A stretch of DNA of 64,000 bases from Synechococcus sp. GTDB taxonomy: Bacteria; Cyanobacteriota; Cyanobacteriia; PCC-6307; Cyanobiaceae. Positions 19,333 through 32,685 of this stretch are shown here, in pieces; position 1 is the stretch's first letter, and each line of letters begins with the position of its first letter. Location of the stretch: the NCBI GenBank assembly GCA_047284725.1, contig JBJBEO010000001.1:1624203-1688202 (forward strand), in the 5' to 3' direction. Under the pieces are notes generated by a model. That model did no database searches, was not told where the DNA came from, and saw nothing but the letters and a program-made list of their open reading frames with translations. Both the position numbers and the translations under genes were made by a program.

Positions 19333-19644
19333 TCAGTCCTTTTGGCCGAGGAAGTTGCCGTTGCCCAGAGCAGGCTCTACTTCGCGGTGGGGGCGAGCAA
19401 TGATGTGAGCAGCAACGAGACCGTCACCAACGCGCTCGCATGCATCGGCACCGGCACGCACAGCGGCGTTGACAGCACCGGTTTCGCCGCGCACCAGAAC
19501 AGTGACGTAGCCGCCACCGACGAACTCACGACCGATCAGGCGCACTTCGGCAGCCTTGGTCATGGCGTCAGCTGCTTCGATCGCGGGGACCAGGCCGCGG
19601 GTCTCGATCATGCCGAGAGCGATGCCCATGGTTTCGTTAGCCAT
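19333..19644 (-). CDS. csoS1: major carboxysome shell hexamer CsoS1
   Basis: MANETMGIALGMIETRGLVPAIEAADAMTKAAEV BMC domain directly upstream of cbbL. Confidence 0.97.
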   Translation of the reverse strand: MANETMGIALGMIETRGLVPAIEAADAMTKAAEVRLIGREFVGGGYVTVLVRGETGAVNAAVRAGADACERVGDGLVAAHIIARPHREVEPALGNGNFLGQKD

Positions 19645-19753
19645 TGCCTACCGGGGAAGGGGATGGAATGTTCGCCGGTGAGACTGCTACCCGGAGGTGG
19701 CTCCCGTCAAGGGATTTGAGACACCTGCCGCATCACTGTCCATAGTGAACCTG

Positions 19754-19768
19754 ATAAGCGCAGCTAAT
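19754..19768. promoter_or_regulatory. candidate LysR-type (RbcR/CbbR) binding site upstream of csoS1
   Basis: ATAAG-CGCAG-CTAAT is an imperfect palindrome that fits TNA-N7-TNA, about 110 bp upstream of the csoS1 start. Confidence 0.4.
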
Positions 19769-19997
19769 ACCCCTGTCGCTGACTGTTTGCAAGGGCTGTT
19801 CGAAATTGCGTGAGGGCGCCAAGACAAACGCTTGCAAACCCGAGTCAGCTGCATAAGTTCATCTACGGAGCCAGGGCCCTGCTTCGGCAGGGGTGGAATG
19901 TTCAACCGCGTCTGACTCCGCTCACCGGCAATAGATCGTCCAGATTCGTTCTTCTTTTACCCCTAGACCACACAATGGAAGCCGCGATCCAAGCGGT

Positions 19998-20582
19998 GTG
20001 AGCCAGCCTGTTCTGACCATTGCCAGCGGCAATCCTCACAAAGTGGAGGAGATCAGTCGCATGCTTGGTCCTCTGCCGGTCGTCGTGAGGCGTCAGCCCG
20101 ATGATCTTGACGTCGAGGAGACAGGTTCGACTTATCTCGAGAATGCCCGCCTTAAGGCTGAGGCCGCGGCCCTGAGAACAGGCACCTGGGCCCTCGGCGA
20201 CGATTCAGGTCTTGAGGTTGATGCTCTCGACAGGGCCCCTGGCCTTTACACCGCACGGTTCGAAGCCAGCGACGCCGCCAAGGTCCAGAGGTTGCTGGAA
20301 GCGCTGGGCGATGCCCCCTACCGCACAGCATGTTTCCGCAGTGCCATGGTGCTGTGCTCTCCCGATGGGCACTGTCTTGAGGAGGCCGAAGGAATCTGCT
20401 GGGGAGAGTTACTCAAGGAACCTGCCTACGCCGATGCAGGCATCGAATCGTTGTTCTGGGTCCGTGAGGCCCGCTGCAGTTATGGGGAACTGAATGAGTC
20501 CCAGCTCTCCAGGCTTGGCAGCCGCGGCAAGGCGGCGAGGGATCTCGGGCCAAGGCTGCGGAGACGTCTCGGGATCAGCTGA
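19998..20582 (+). CDS. Ham1/RdgB-family NTP pyrophosphatase paralog (divergent)
   Basis: ASGNPHK, EETGSTYLENARLKA, DDSGLEVDAL, PGLYTAR. The FGYDP and SHR motifs are absent. Confidence 0.85.
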   Translation: MSQPVLTIASGNPHKVEEISRMLGPLPVVVRRQPDDLDVEETGSTYLENARLKAEAAALRTGTWALGDDSGLEVDALDRAPGLYTARFEASDAAKVQRLLEALGDAPYRTACFRSAMVLCSPDGHCLEEAEGICWGELLKEPAYADAGIESLFWVREARCSYGELNESQLSRLGSRGKAARDLGPRLRRRLGIS

Positions 20583-20590
20583 ACGCGGAT

Positions 20591-21376
20591 TCAGCGCAAC
20601 GCAGACCGACGGTTCACCATCTCAATGGCCCGCATGGCAGCAGCTGCAGCCTCCTCCACATCACCCTCACGGCCTGCCAGGGTGAGTCGACCAAAGGCTC
20701 CAACCGCCTTCACATCAACCAGGGTGATGTTGGAGGCCTTCTCCGCCTCGTTAGCAGCGATCAGCACATAACCGGCCGGTTCAGTTTCAAGAATGAACAT
20801 GCTCATGCCCGCCTCGATCATCGAGCCGCGGCGGTTCTGCCGATTGATCAGAACCGCGTGGTCGGGCGTGATCGCGCGGATAACCTCGGTCCAGCTGACA
20901 TCCGCAGGCGTCCGTTGTTCAATGGAACTGCCGATCGCTTCAAGAACGACATCACCGGAGTGAATCACCGTACTCTGATCCCGGTGATAAAGAGCCATCG
21001 ATCCGAAGGCACGCTCAACCACCATCTGGCCAAGGCGCACATTGCTGGCTTTCAGGGCGATATCGGTGACCCTGTGCACGGCCATTCCAGGGGACACCTC
21101 CATCCAGAGACAGGCATCCCCTGGAATCGGCAGGAATCCCTGGCTCACTGTGCCCATGTAGGCCGCCAGCTGAGGCTGCAGAGAGTCGATGAACACATAG
21201 GTGCGCAGCTCGATCGACTGCACGTGGCTGTTCTGTCGCAGCAGCCGCGGTGATTCGGAATCAGTCGTGACCACACAGCTGGCTCCACCAGCAGGGTCAT
21301 GCACCTCTGTACCGGTGACGATCGCGCTTCCGCTCCGCCGCCGCTCCCGGTTGTCGAAGCCGGCGAAACGATTCAT
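20591..21376 (-). CDS. csoS1D: tandem-BMC shell protein CsoS1D
   Basis: [49 protein letters not shown]. Confidence 0.93.
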   Translation of the reverse strand: MNRFAGFDNRERRRSGSAIVTGTEVHDPAGGASCVVTTDSESPRLLRQNSHVQSIELRTYVFIDSLQPQLAAYMGTVSQGFLPIPGDACLWMEVSPGMAVHRVTDIALKASNVRLGQMVVERAFGSMALYHRDQSTVIHSGDVVLEAIGSSIEQRTPADVSWTEVIRAITPDHAVLINRQNRRGSMIEAGMSMFILETEPAGYVLIAANEAEKASNITLVDVKAVGAFGRLTLAGREGDVEEAAAAAMRAIEMVNRRSALR

Positions 21377-21472
21377 GCGGCGGATCTTACCGGAACGACA
21401 TCAACAAAAAGCAGCCGTCAACTTGATTTTTGGCACAAAGCCGATACCTTCCGCCCATCCGCATCCGCTCTG

Positions 21473-21883
21473 ATGGCGTCATCCAGCAAGGGTTCTTCAG
21501 CCCAATCGACTGAACTGGCCACGGAACTGAATGCCGAGCAGGCCCTCGGACTGGTGAGTTATGGCCTGATGCAACGCCTGGCCAATGAAGGGCAGGTTGA
21601 ACTCCCCTGGCTGGGGGCCCCTGGACGGGAAGCCACCGAATCCATGCGTCAGCTGAAACAGCGTCTTGAGCTCACCGCTCTGGCGATCGAGACCGGCGCT
21701 CCGCTGAGCACACAGGAGGTGAGCCTTCTGCTTGGGGCGAAGCCCGGAGCGGAGAGCGTGGAACGTGGAGGGCTCAGGGCGCGGCGGATCAGCCGCAACG
21801 TTTGGAGACTGAGCCGCCTTGAAGGCAGTGACCATGAAGGAGGCAGCGGCTTCCGCGACGATCGCTTCCGCCGCAGGCTCTGA
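21473..21883 (+). CDS. conserved hypothetical protein
   Basis: Clean 136-aa ORF (MASSSKG...) filling the gap between csoS1D and chlN. Confidence 0.7.
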   Translation: MASSSKGSSAQSTELATELNAEQALGLVSYGLMQRLANEGQVELPWLGAPGREATESMRQLKQRLELTALAIETGAPLSTQEVSLLLGAKPGAESVERGGLRARRISRNVWRLSRLEGSDHEGGSGFRDDRFRRRL

Positions 21884-21958
21884 CTGGCGATGGACTGAGG
21901 CCTGGAAGTCGGCACTGATCCCGAAGAGTTCTGAGGAACTTCGGCCTGTGACGGATGA

Positions 21959-23272
<1,314 letters not shown>

Positions 23273-23276
23273 ACCG

Positions 23277-24857
23277 ATGCAACTCACGCTCTGGACCTAT
23301 GAGGGCCCACCCCACGTGGGCGCCATGCGCATCGCAGCCTCCATGCAGGGAGTGCACTATGTGCTGCACGCACCGCAGGGGGACACCTACGCCGACCTGC
23401 TGTTCACGATGATTGAACGCCGCGGTCAACGACCGCCGGTGACCTACACGACGTTTCAGGCAAGAGACCTGGGGGGAGATACGGCAGAGCTGGTGAAACG
23501 GCACGTCAAAGAGGCCGTGGATCGCTTCCGGCCCGACGCGCTGCTGGTGGGCGAGAGCTGCACGGCGGAACTGATCCAGGATCAGCCCGGAGCCCTCGCC
23601 GAGGGCATGAACCTCACGATGCCGGTCGTGAACCTCGAGCTGCCCGCCTACAGCAAGAAAGAGAACTGGGGAGCGTCGGAAACCCTCTACCAACTGGTAC
23701 GCACCCTGCTGAAACCAGTGGTGCCGGAGCGGCCTGACCATGACGCCACAGCCTGGAAACGGGAGAGACGGAGGCCACGGGTCAGCCTGATCGGCCCCTC
23801 TCTGCTTGGGTTCCGCTGCAGAGATGACGTGATGGAAGTTCAGCGACTGTTGACGACTCACGGCATTGATGTGGCCGTGGTAGCACCGCTGGGGGCAGGG
23901 GTTGCCGACATCAGACGACTTCCGACTGCCGATCTGAACGTCTGCCTCTATCCAGAGATCGCCGAAGCGACCTGCAGCTGGATGGAGAGACATTTCGGGA
24001 TTCCCTTCAGTCGAACGGTGCCGATCGGTGTCGGAGCGACGCACGATTTCCTGGTGGAAGTGCATCAGCACCTCGGGCTTGAGCCGCCTGCAGCGGATGA
24101 GGGCTACCTGCGATCGAGACTGCCGTGGTACTCCGAGTCAGTAGATTCCAATTACCTGACCGGCAAACGGGTCTTCATCTTCGGAGACGGAACCCATGCC
24201 CTTGCGGCGGCCCGGATCTGCGATCAGGAGCTGGGATTCAAGGTGGTGGGGCTCGGCACCTACAGCCGGGAGATGGCAAGGCCGGTGCGGGCCGCTGCGA
24301 GGGAACTCGGACTGGAGGCCCTGATCACCGATGACTACCTCGCCGTGGAAGCCGCAATGGCGGAGGCCGCACCGGAACTCGTGCTCGGGACCCAGATGGA
24401 GCGACACAGCGCCAAGCGACTGGGAGTCCCCTGCGCTGTGATCAGCACGCCGATGCACGTGCAGGATGTGCCGGCTAGGACCAGTCCGCAGATGGGCTGG
24501 GAGGGGGCGAATGTGATTTTTGACGACTGGGTCCACCCTCTGATGATGGGATTGGAGGAGCACCTGATCGGCATGTTCCGCCACGACTTCGAATTCGTGG
24601 ATGGTCATCAGAGCCACCTGGGTCACCCTGGCGGAGCAGGCGCCTCGACTGACGTCACCACGCCGACAAGGGAGCCGGCGAGCAACGGCGAGGGCCAGCT
24701 GATCTGGACTGCCGATGGAGAATCCGAACTGCGGAAGATCCCTTTCTTTGTGCGCGGAAAAGTTCGGCGCAACACGGAAGCCTATGCACGCCAGGCGGGA
24801 TGCAACACCATCAGCAGTGAGACGCTTTATGACGCAAAAGCACACTTCAAGGCCTGA
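23277..24857 (+). CDS. chlB: dark-operative protochlorophyllide reductase subunit B
   Basis: [29 protein letters not shown] and C-terminal [14 protein letters not shown]. Confidence 0.96.
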   Translation: MQLTLWTYEGPPHVGAMRIAASMQGVHYVLHAPQGDTYADLLFTMIERRGQRPPVTYTTFQARDLGGDTAELVKRHVKEAVDRFRPDALLVGESCTAELIQDQPGALAEGMNLTMPVVNLELPAYSKKENWGASETLYQLVRTLLKPVVPERPDHDATAWKRERRRPRVSLIGPSLLGFRCRDDVMEVQRLLTTHGIDVAVVAPLGAGVADIRRLPTADLNVCLYPEIAEATCSWMERHFGIPFSRTVPIGVGATHDFLVEVHQHLGLEPPAADEGYLRSRLPWYSESVDSNYLTGKRVFIFGDGTHALAAARICDQELGFKVVGLGTYSREMARPVRAAARELGLEALITDDYLAVEAAMAEAAPELVLGTQMERHSAKRLGVPCAVISTPMHVQDVPARTSPQMGWEGANVIFDDWVHPLMMGLEEHLIGMFRHDFEFVDGHQSHLGHPGGAGASTDVTTPTREPASNGEGQLIWTADGESELRKIPFFVRGKVRRNTEAYARQAGCNTISSETLYDAKAHFKA

Positions 24858-24977
24858 GCAATTTCACTTATTTTTTTTCATACATACGAAATAAAATATG
24901 AAGCAATGGATTGAACATGAAACCCAGATCTATCAATTCTTGGTAAAAGCCGGACAGCGCACATCTGCTGCTGTTGA

Positions 24978-27354
<2,377 letters not shown>

Positions 27355-27427
27355 CGAAACGCCTGAGAAGACCTACCGCTTTTAACGTGCCCCCCGACAG
27401 CTGCCAAGGGGCGAGCGATTGCTGAAC

Positions 27428-27532
27428 TCAGGCGCGATACAGGCTGACACAGAGACGGACTGCCAGGATGCCTGCGTGGGCAGCCACCACGAGGGCGATG
27501 AAGATCTCGGACTGAGTGAGAGCGGTGGCCAT
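27428..27532 (-). CDS. psaM: photosystem I subunit XII
   Basis: Below the ORF-track cutoff. Manual translation: MATALTQSEIFIALVVAAHAGILAVRLCVSLYRA*. Confidence 0.9.
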   Translation of the reverse strand: MATALTQSEIFIALVVAAHAGILAVRLCVSLYRA

Positions 27533-27612
27533 GGGAATCCCTGGAAACGTTTCCATTGTTTCGTCTGGAAGCGACCAGACGCCATCATTCGCAAAGGCCT
27601 GTCACACCCCCT

Positions 27613-28107
27613 ATGACTTCCGGACGTCCGGATTCCATCGTCAACATCGATGCCACGATGATCCGTGAGCTCGACCTCAGCCCACTGAAGGCCTGGATGC
27701 AGCAGCCCTTGGAGGATCAACTGCGCCAGGGGGCCGTCCTGGAGGTTCGCTACGACTGGCCCAGAGCTGCAGAGGATCCAAGGGAGCTGAGTGAATGTGC
27801 GGAGCCACGACTCTGGGCCCTGCGCGCCGATGCCCATTACCCCTGGCTGCCACTGCTCCTGGAACGATCTGGTGGATCACTGGCCCAACACGTCGCTCTC
27901 CTGGTTCCCCATGACTTCAGCCCCAGTGAAGGAATTCGCTTCGACCCGCAGGCTCTGGAGCTCTGGATTACCCAGCGCCTGATGCTGCTCGACCACCTCG
28001 GACACGCCCAGGCCCAGTCACAGCGGGGCAATCTGGATCAGATGGCCGCCAGCCTCGGATTTGAGCTCGATCAGCGCTTCTGGATGCTGCTTGATCTACA
28101 TCGCTAG
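27613..28107 (+). CDS. CRR6/DUF1817 family NDH-1 maturation factor
   Basis: LDLSP, DPRELSE..EPRLW.LR.DA.YPWLP.LL, ALLVPH.F, F.PQALE. Confidence 0.8.
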   Translation: MTSGRPDSIVNIDATMIRELDLSPLKAWMQQPLEDQLRQGAVLEVRYDWPRAAEDPRELSECAEPRLWALRADAHYPWLPLLLERSGGSLAQHVALLVPHDFSPSEGIRFDPQALELWITQRLMLLDHLGHAQAQSQRGNLDQMAASLGFELDQRFWMLLDLHR

Positions 28108-28132
28108 GACAGCGCACGTCAACAGGTCCTGA

Positions 28133-28897
28133 TCAGGAGAACGCCAACTGCAAGGCTCGTCGTCCTGAATCGGCCGCCAGCAGCAGGGCCAGGGCCCGCA
28201 GCGACCACGCTAGGGCAACCGCAGGCACCTGATCAAGCCGAGAAGCGGTCCACTGGGATGCCACCGCCGCGGTCAACCCCAGCACCAGGCCGATGGAGGC
28301 CTCCCCACGGCCCTCATGGAGGAACTGCACCGATGCCGCAACCGCAGAACAGGCCACCGCCAAGGTGCTGAGACGGATCGCCAGCCGAATCGGCACCGCC
28401 ATCCCCCGCACCATCAACGGCACCATCACCAGACCTCCTCCGAGGCCAAGCATGCCTGCAGCCAGACCCGCCACTCCACCCACAGCAGCGAGACCCATCA
28501 GTGGCAGCCTGAGGGAATCCTCGGTCGCAGCCTCACCCTGCTCGGCTCGGATCGTGAAGGTGAGTACCAGGTACATCAAGCTCTGCATCAACAGCAGATG
28601 CCAATCAGCCGCCAGCCGACCCAACTGACTCAAGAGCAGCGCCGTCGCAAAGGAAGCCATGGCCAGAATCAACCCCTCGCGCCAGGGAATCGCCCGATGG
28701 CGTAGGTGAGTGAAGGTGCCTCCAAAGGCGGTGGGCACGATGGCGAAGGTGCTTGTGGCCAGGGCCTGGTGGGGGGGCAGGCCCATCCACAGCAGCAAAG
28801 GCGCGAAAATCAAGCCGCCACCAATCCCCAGAAGTCCGGCCAAGGCTCCAGCCAGCAGCCCCAGTGGCAGAGCCACCAACAGATCACTGAGCTCCAT
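28133..28897 (-). CDS. TauE/SafE (TSUP) family membrane transporter
   Basis: Two GLLGIGGG-type repeats, multi-TM. Alternative start at 28906. Confidence 0.85.
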   Translation of the reverse strand: MELSDLLVALPLGLLAGALAGLLGIGGGLIFAPLLLWMGLPPHQALATSTFAIVPTAFGGTFTHLRHRAIPWREGLILAMASFATALLLSQLGRLAADWHLLLMQSLMYLVLTFTIRAEQGEAATEDSLRLPLMGLAAVGGVAGLAAGMLGLGGGLVMVPLMVRGMAVPIRLAIRLSTLAVACSAVAASVQFLHEGRGEASIGLVLGLTAAVASQWTASRLDQVPAVALAWSLRALALLLAADSGRRALQLAFS

Positions 28898-28904
28898 TTC
28901 AGCC

Positions 28905-29714
28905 ATGGCAACCACAGCATCCTGCCTGGAGACCATCAGCACCAAGGGCCTGCTGCTGGCCATGATCGAGCTGGATGGAGCTGAACAGATGGCTCTGGAT
29001 GCCTGGCTCCTGGACCAGTGTCTCCAGGGGCGATGGAACGAACCGGTACTGCGTTTTTACACCTGGCCAGGGCACTGGTTGTCGTTGGGGCATCACCAAC
29101 AACAGCCACCCAAGCACTGGGACCGTGCCATCGCGACAGGATCCGTTCAGCGGGTTCGCCGCCCCAGTGGTGGCGGAGCGGTGCTCCATGGTGGCGGCCT
29201 CACCTATGCGCTGATCTGGCCGTCACCGCCGCGCGTCAGGCGTGAGGCCTATATCCGCACCAGCCAATGGATCATCAGCGGCTTCGCCAAGCTCGGGCTG
29301 GACCTTCATCCAGGCCAGGCACCAGCCGAGGCGGGAACGATGCACTGCTTCGGCAGTTCCACAGCTGCTGATCTCCTGGACCACAAGGGTCACAAGCGGA
29401 TCGGCAGTGCCCAGTTCTGGCGAAGGGGCCACCTGCTGCAACACGGCGAAATTCTGCTTGATCCAGACCCTCTGCTGTGGTCAGAGCTGTTTCAGAGCAG
29501 CCCTCCACCGCCTCTCAGCCACCTCACAGCTGAAAGCGTTTGCAAAGCACTGACAGAGGCTCTACCGACTCTCTGGCCTGACCTGCAGTGGGAGGAAGGT
29601 GAACTCACACCTCTGCAGTGGCAGGAGGTGAAGCGACTGAGCGCCGACTACCGGGTCTCCTCTGATGCTTCATCCTCAAGCAGTCCGGATGCCTGCATCG
29701 ACGCCACAGCCTGA
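28905..29714 (+). CDS. lipoate-protein ligase A family protein
   Basis: QMALD, LRFYTW, VRRPSGGGAVLH, KRIGSAQ, LLQHG. Start uncertain (28905 or 28962). Confidence 0.85.
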   Translation: MATTASCLETISTKGLLLAMIELDGAEQMALDAWLLDQCLQGRWNEPVLRFYTWPGHWLSLGHHQQQPPKHWDRAIATGSVQRVRRPSGGGAVLHGGGLTYALIWPSPPRVRREAYIRTSQWIISGFAKLGLDLHPGQAPAEAGTMHCFGSSTAADLLDHKGHKRIGSAQFWRRGHLLQHGEILLDPDPLLWSELFQSSPPPPLSHLTAESVCKALTEALPTLWPDLQWEEGELTPLQWQEVKRLSADYRVSSDASSSSSPDACIDATA

Positions 29715-30931
29715 ACCAGTGGGAGTCCGAAGGGATAGCCGTTCTGGCGACGGGCAGCTTCAAGCAACTGGGGAGGCAGCCGGAGGTTGAGGGCCTTGAG
29801 CACTGCCTCACCCACATCACCACGCTCAAGGGTTCCTGACGGCAAACCCGCTCTGTTCATCACCAGAAGGCGTCCCTGAGCACTGGACTCAAGCGCTGGG
29901 ACCGCCTTCCAGAGAGGTTCGGTTTCACTGATGGAGGGGAGCGTGTCAAGCGGCTGTAAGTGATCGGCCAACGTCTGGCGATCCCACTGCTGCACGGGGA
30001 GGTCCCTGAGCGGAGCGTCGCTGACCGTGCCCAGCCAGCGCCCACCACGCGTGACCAACACCCAATCGGCAGGGCGAGCATCGGACGGGACAGCATCAGA
30101 CTCCACCGCGCCAAGCTTCAGCTGGCTGAGACGTCGCAAAGTCTGGTCGGCCTCAAGCACCCGGAAGCGGCGAGCAGACGCTGAATGAACAGTGAGCTGG
30201 CGCAACACCTTCTGGAGCATCAGCACCTGGGTCTGACTGCGGGATGCCCCCAGACCGAACCACCCCAGCATCACCAGCCAGAGGGCACTCAGGCCGCCCC
30301 CCTTCGCCAGGAATAACCAGACCCCAAAGAAAATCGCCGTCATTGAAAGCAGCCGCCCACTGGCCGTCGCCACCTGAATGCCCTTTCTCTGACTTCCTGT
30401 GAATTGCCAGACCAAGGCCTTGAGAATCAAGCCCCCATCGAGGGGAAGCCCAGGAAGGAGGTTGAACAGGGCCAGCACCAGATTCACCCCTGCCAGCTGG
30501 GCCACGAGATTGCCCAGCAGCGCGTCCCAATGGGCCGCTGGATGCGCGGACGAGAACAACACAACCGCCAGCACCAAGCTCACCAGAGGCCCGGCAGCCG
30601 CCACACGAAAAGCACCCATCGCCGTTGAGCACTCACGCTCCACACTGGCCACACCCCCAAGCAGAAACAGGGTGATACTGCGCACCTTCACGCCCTCCCG
30701 CAGTGCCACCAGGGAGTGCCCGAGTTCGTGCAGCAGCACAGACACAAACAACAGCAGGGCTGTGACCAGAGCGATCAGCCAACTGAACCCGGGCGGGAGA
30801 AACTGAGCGGCGGGAAGAGCACTGAGTTGCTCACGGAAGGCCAGTGTTGCCAAAGCGAGGATGAGGAACCAGCTGGGATGCACCCGCAAGGGAATTCCCC
30901 GGATGCTCATCAGCTGCCAGCCTTCACCCAC
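29648..30931 (-). CDS. site-2 protease (M50) with degenerate CBS pair
   Basis: HELGH, AAAGP, FNLLPGLPLDGG. Confidence 0.9.
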   Translation of the reverse strand: MGEGWQLMSIRGIPLRVHPSWFLILALATLAFREQLSALPAAQFLPPGFSWLIALVTALLLFVSVLLHELGHSLVALREGVKVRSITLFLLGGVASVERECSTAMGAFRVAAAGPLVSLVLAVVLFSSAHPAAHWDALLGNLVAQLAGVNLVLALFNLLPGLPLDGGLILKALVWQFTGSQRKGIQVATASGRLLSMTAIFFGVWLFLAKGGGLSALWLVMLGWFGLGASRSQTQVLMLQKVLRQLTVHSASARRFRVLEADQTLRRLSQLKLGAVESDAVPSDARPADWVLVTRGGRWLGTVSDAPLRDLPVQQWDRQTLADHLQPLDTLPSISETEPLWKAVPALESSAQGRLLVMNRAGLPSGTLERGDVGEAVLKALNLRLPPQLLEAARRQNGYPFGLPLVQAVASMQASGLLEDEASEETR

Positions 30932-31016
30932 GCGCGTGCTCCTTCGGATCGGGCCCTGCGGGCCTATCTGATCACAATCCTAGAAACTGTTCCTGAGATG
31001 CCATTCATCACGCGTC

Positions 31017-31691
31017 ATGAATCAACCTGCCGTGGCGGTGAAAGTTTGCGGCCTCACCGACATCGACCAGGCCAATGCTGTCGCGGCATTGGGAGCCAGC
31101 GCCATCGGTGTGATCGGCGTTGAGGCGTCGCCACGGTGGGTGCCTGAGCCAGAACGCAGAGCGTTGTTCAGGAGTCTGCAACGGCATCACCCAAGTGTTG
31201 AACGGGTTTGGGTGGTGGCTGATCTTGATGACGACAGGCTCCATGCCGCTCTCCAAGGAGAAGGTGCACCATCGGTGGTGCAGCTTCATGGCGACGAATC
31301 GGCAGAGCGATGCAAGGATCTGCGCCGTCGTCATACCCAGACAAAGTGGTGGAAGGCTCTGCGTCTGCACGACCCCGCACAGCTCCTCAAGCTGAACGAC
31401 TATGCCGGTTGCGTTGATGCCTTTCTCCTTGATGCCTGGAGCCCCGATCAACTTGGCGGCACCGGACATCGGCTTGACCTGGAATGGCTGAAAACAATCG
31501 ATCAGCACTGCCCGGCAACGTGCCCTTGGTGGCTGGCAGGAGGGATCAGTGCTGAGTGGGTCCCCGAACTTCTCGCTCAGGTGCATCCTTGCGGACTTGA
31601 TGCCTCCAGCCGTTTGGAGAGTTCACCTGGTGTGAAGGAGCTCAGAAAAGTGAAGGCCCTGATCGACGCGACCAACAAGCTTTCGACCTGA
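31017..31691 (+). CDS. trpF: phosphoribosylanthranilate isomerase
   Basis: VKVCGLT, VQLHGDES, LLDA, GGTG, LAGG, D.SS.LE.SPGVK. Confidence 0.95.
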   Translation: MNQPAVAVKVCGLTDIDQANAVAALGASAIGVIGVEASPRWVPEPERRALFRSLQRHHPSVERVWVVADLDDDRLHAALQGEGAPSVVQLHGDESAERCKDLRRRHTQTKWWKALRLHDPAQLLKLNDYAGCVDAFLLDAWSPDQLGGTGHRLDLEWLKTIDQHCPATCPWWLAGGISAEWVPELLAQVHPCGLDASSRLESSPGVKELRKVKALIDATNKLST

Positions 31692-31701
31692 CGTCCACAA
31701 G

Positions 31702-31914
31702 TCACAAACCATTCCACTGATCACGCCCGAGACGCTCTCCCCGAGTAATGAAAACGGTCTGGAGACGGTTCGCTGTGGAGCGTCGGCGGCTGCGCTGCGG
31801 ACAACCTGCCTCACGGCAGTCGGTCAAGCAATCGATGGATGTCCAAGACCCGGAGAGTGGGCTGTCAGCACAGCAGCACTTCCCGGGCCAGACACGCTTC
31901 GATCGTTCAGACAA
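31702..31914 (-). CDS. possible small Cys-rich hypothetical protein
   Basis: 70-aa ORF whose TTG start abuts the folE stop and which fills an otherwise empty gap. Confidence 0.35.
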   Translation of the reverse strand: MSERSKRVWPGKCCCADSPLSGSWTSIDCLTDCREAGCPQRSRRRSTANRLQTVFITRGERLGRDQWNGL

Positions 31915-32670
31915 TCAAGTGCTCAGCAGGGCTTCCTGCTGACGCACCAGCTCAAAGAATTCCTGCTTCAGACTTGGATCGTGACGAAAATCACCACGTA
32001 CCACTGAATTCACCATGCTGGTCTGGGGCTCACGCACCCCACGCCACTTCATGCAGTAGTGCTGGGCCTTGACGATGATGCCAAGTCCTTGAGGCTCGCA
32101 CAGCTTCTCAATTTCGTCGGCCAGGATCATCACCGCCTCTTCTTGAATGTGAGGACGGGAAAAGACCCAGTCAGCGACACGTGTGAATTTGGACAGACCA
32201 ATCACACGGCTGCCGGGCTTGATGCCGATCCAGCAGTTGCCCATGATCGGCACCAGGTGGTGGGAACAGGCCGATCGCACGGTGATCGGACCAACGGTGT
32301 AGATCTCATCGAGTTCCTTGACGTTAGGGAAACTGGCGACCTTGGGCTGCTGGTGATAACGCCCTTTAAAAACTTCATGGAGATACATGCGCGCCACGCG
32401 CTCGGCTGTCTCCTCAGTGTTGTGATCGTTCTCGATGTCGATCACCAGACTGCGAAGAAGATCACGGACACGGTCACCAACTTCGGCCTCGAGAGCCTGC
32501 AGCTCACCCGGAAGGATGTAGTCAGCGATGTTGTCGTTGGCCAGAAAGGAGACATCAGCCGACTTCAGGCGAGCGCTGATCAGAGCAGAAACGCTTTGCA
32601 CCACGCCCGCAGAGATCTGCTCCTTGCCGCCATTGAGATCTTGGCTCGTCACCGGAAAAGTTGAAGTCAT
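31915..32670 (-). CDS. folE: GTP cyclohydrolase I
   Basis: TAERVARMY, SACSHHLVP, GLSK, HIQE, HYCMKWRGV. Confidence 0.95.
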   Translation of the reverse strand: MTSTFPVTSQDLNGGKEQISAGVVQSVSALISARLKSADVSFLANDNIADYILPGELQALEAEVGDRVRDLLRSLVIDIENDHNTEETAERVARMYLHEVFKGRYHQQPKVASFPNVKELDEIYTVGPITVRSACSHHLVPIMGNCWIGIKPGSRVIGLSKFTRVADWVFSRPHIQEEAVMILADEIEKLCEPQGLGIIVKAQHYCMKWRGVREPQTSMVNSVVRGDFRHDPSLKQEFFELVRQQEALLST

Positions 32671-32685
32671 TAGGAGCGTATGAAA

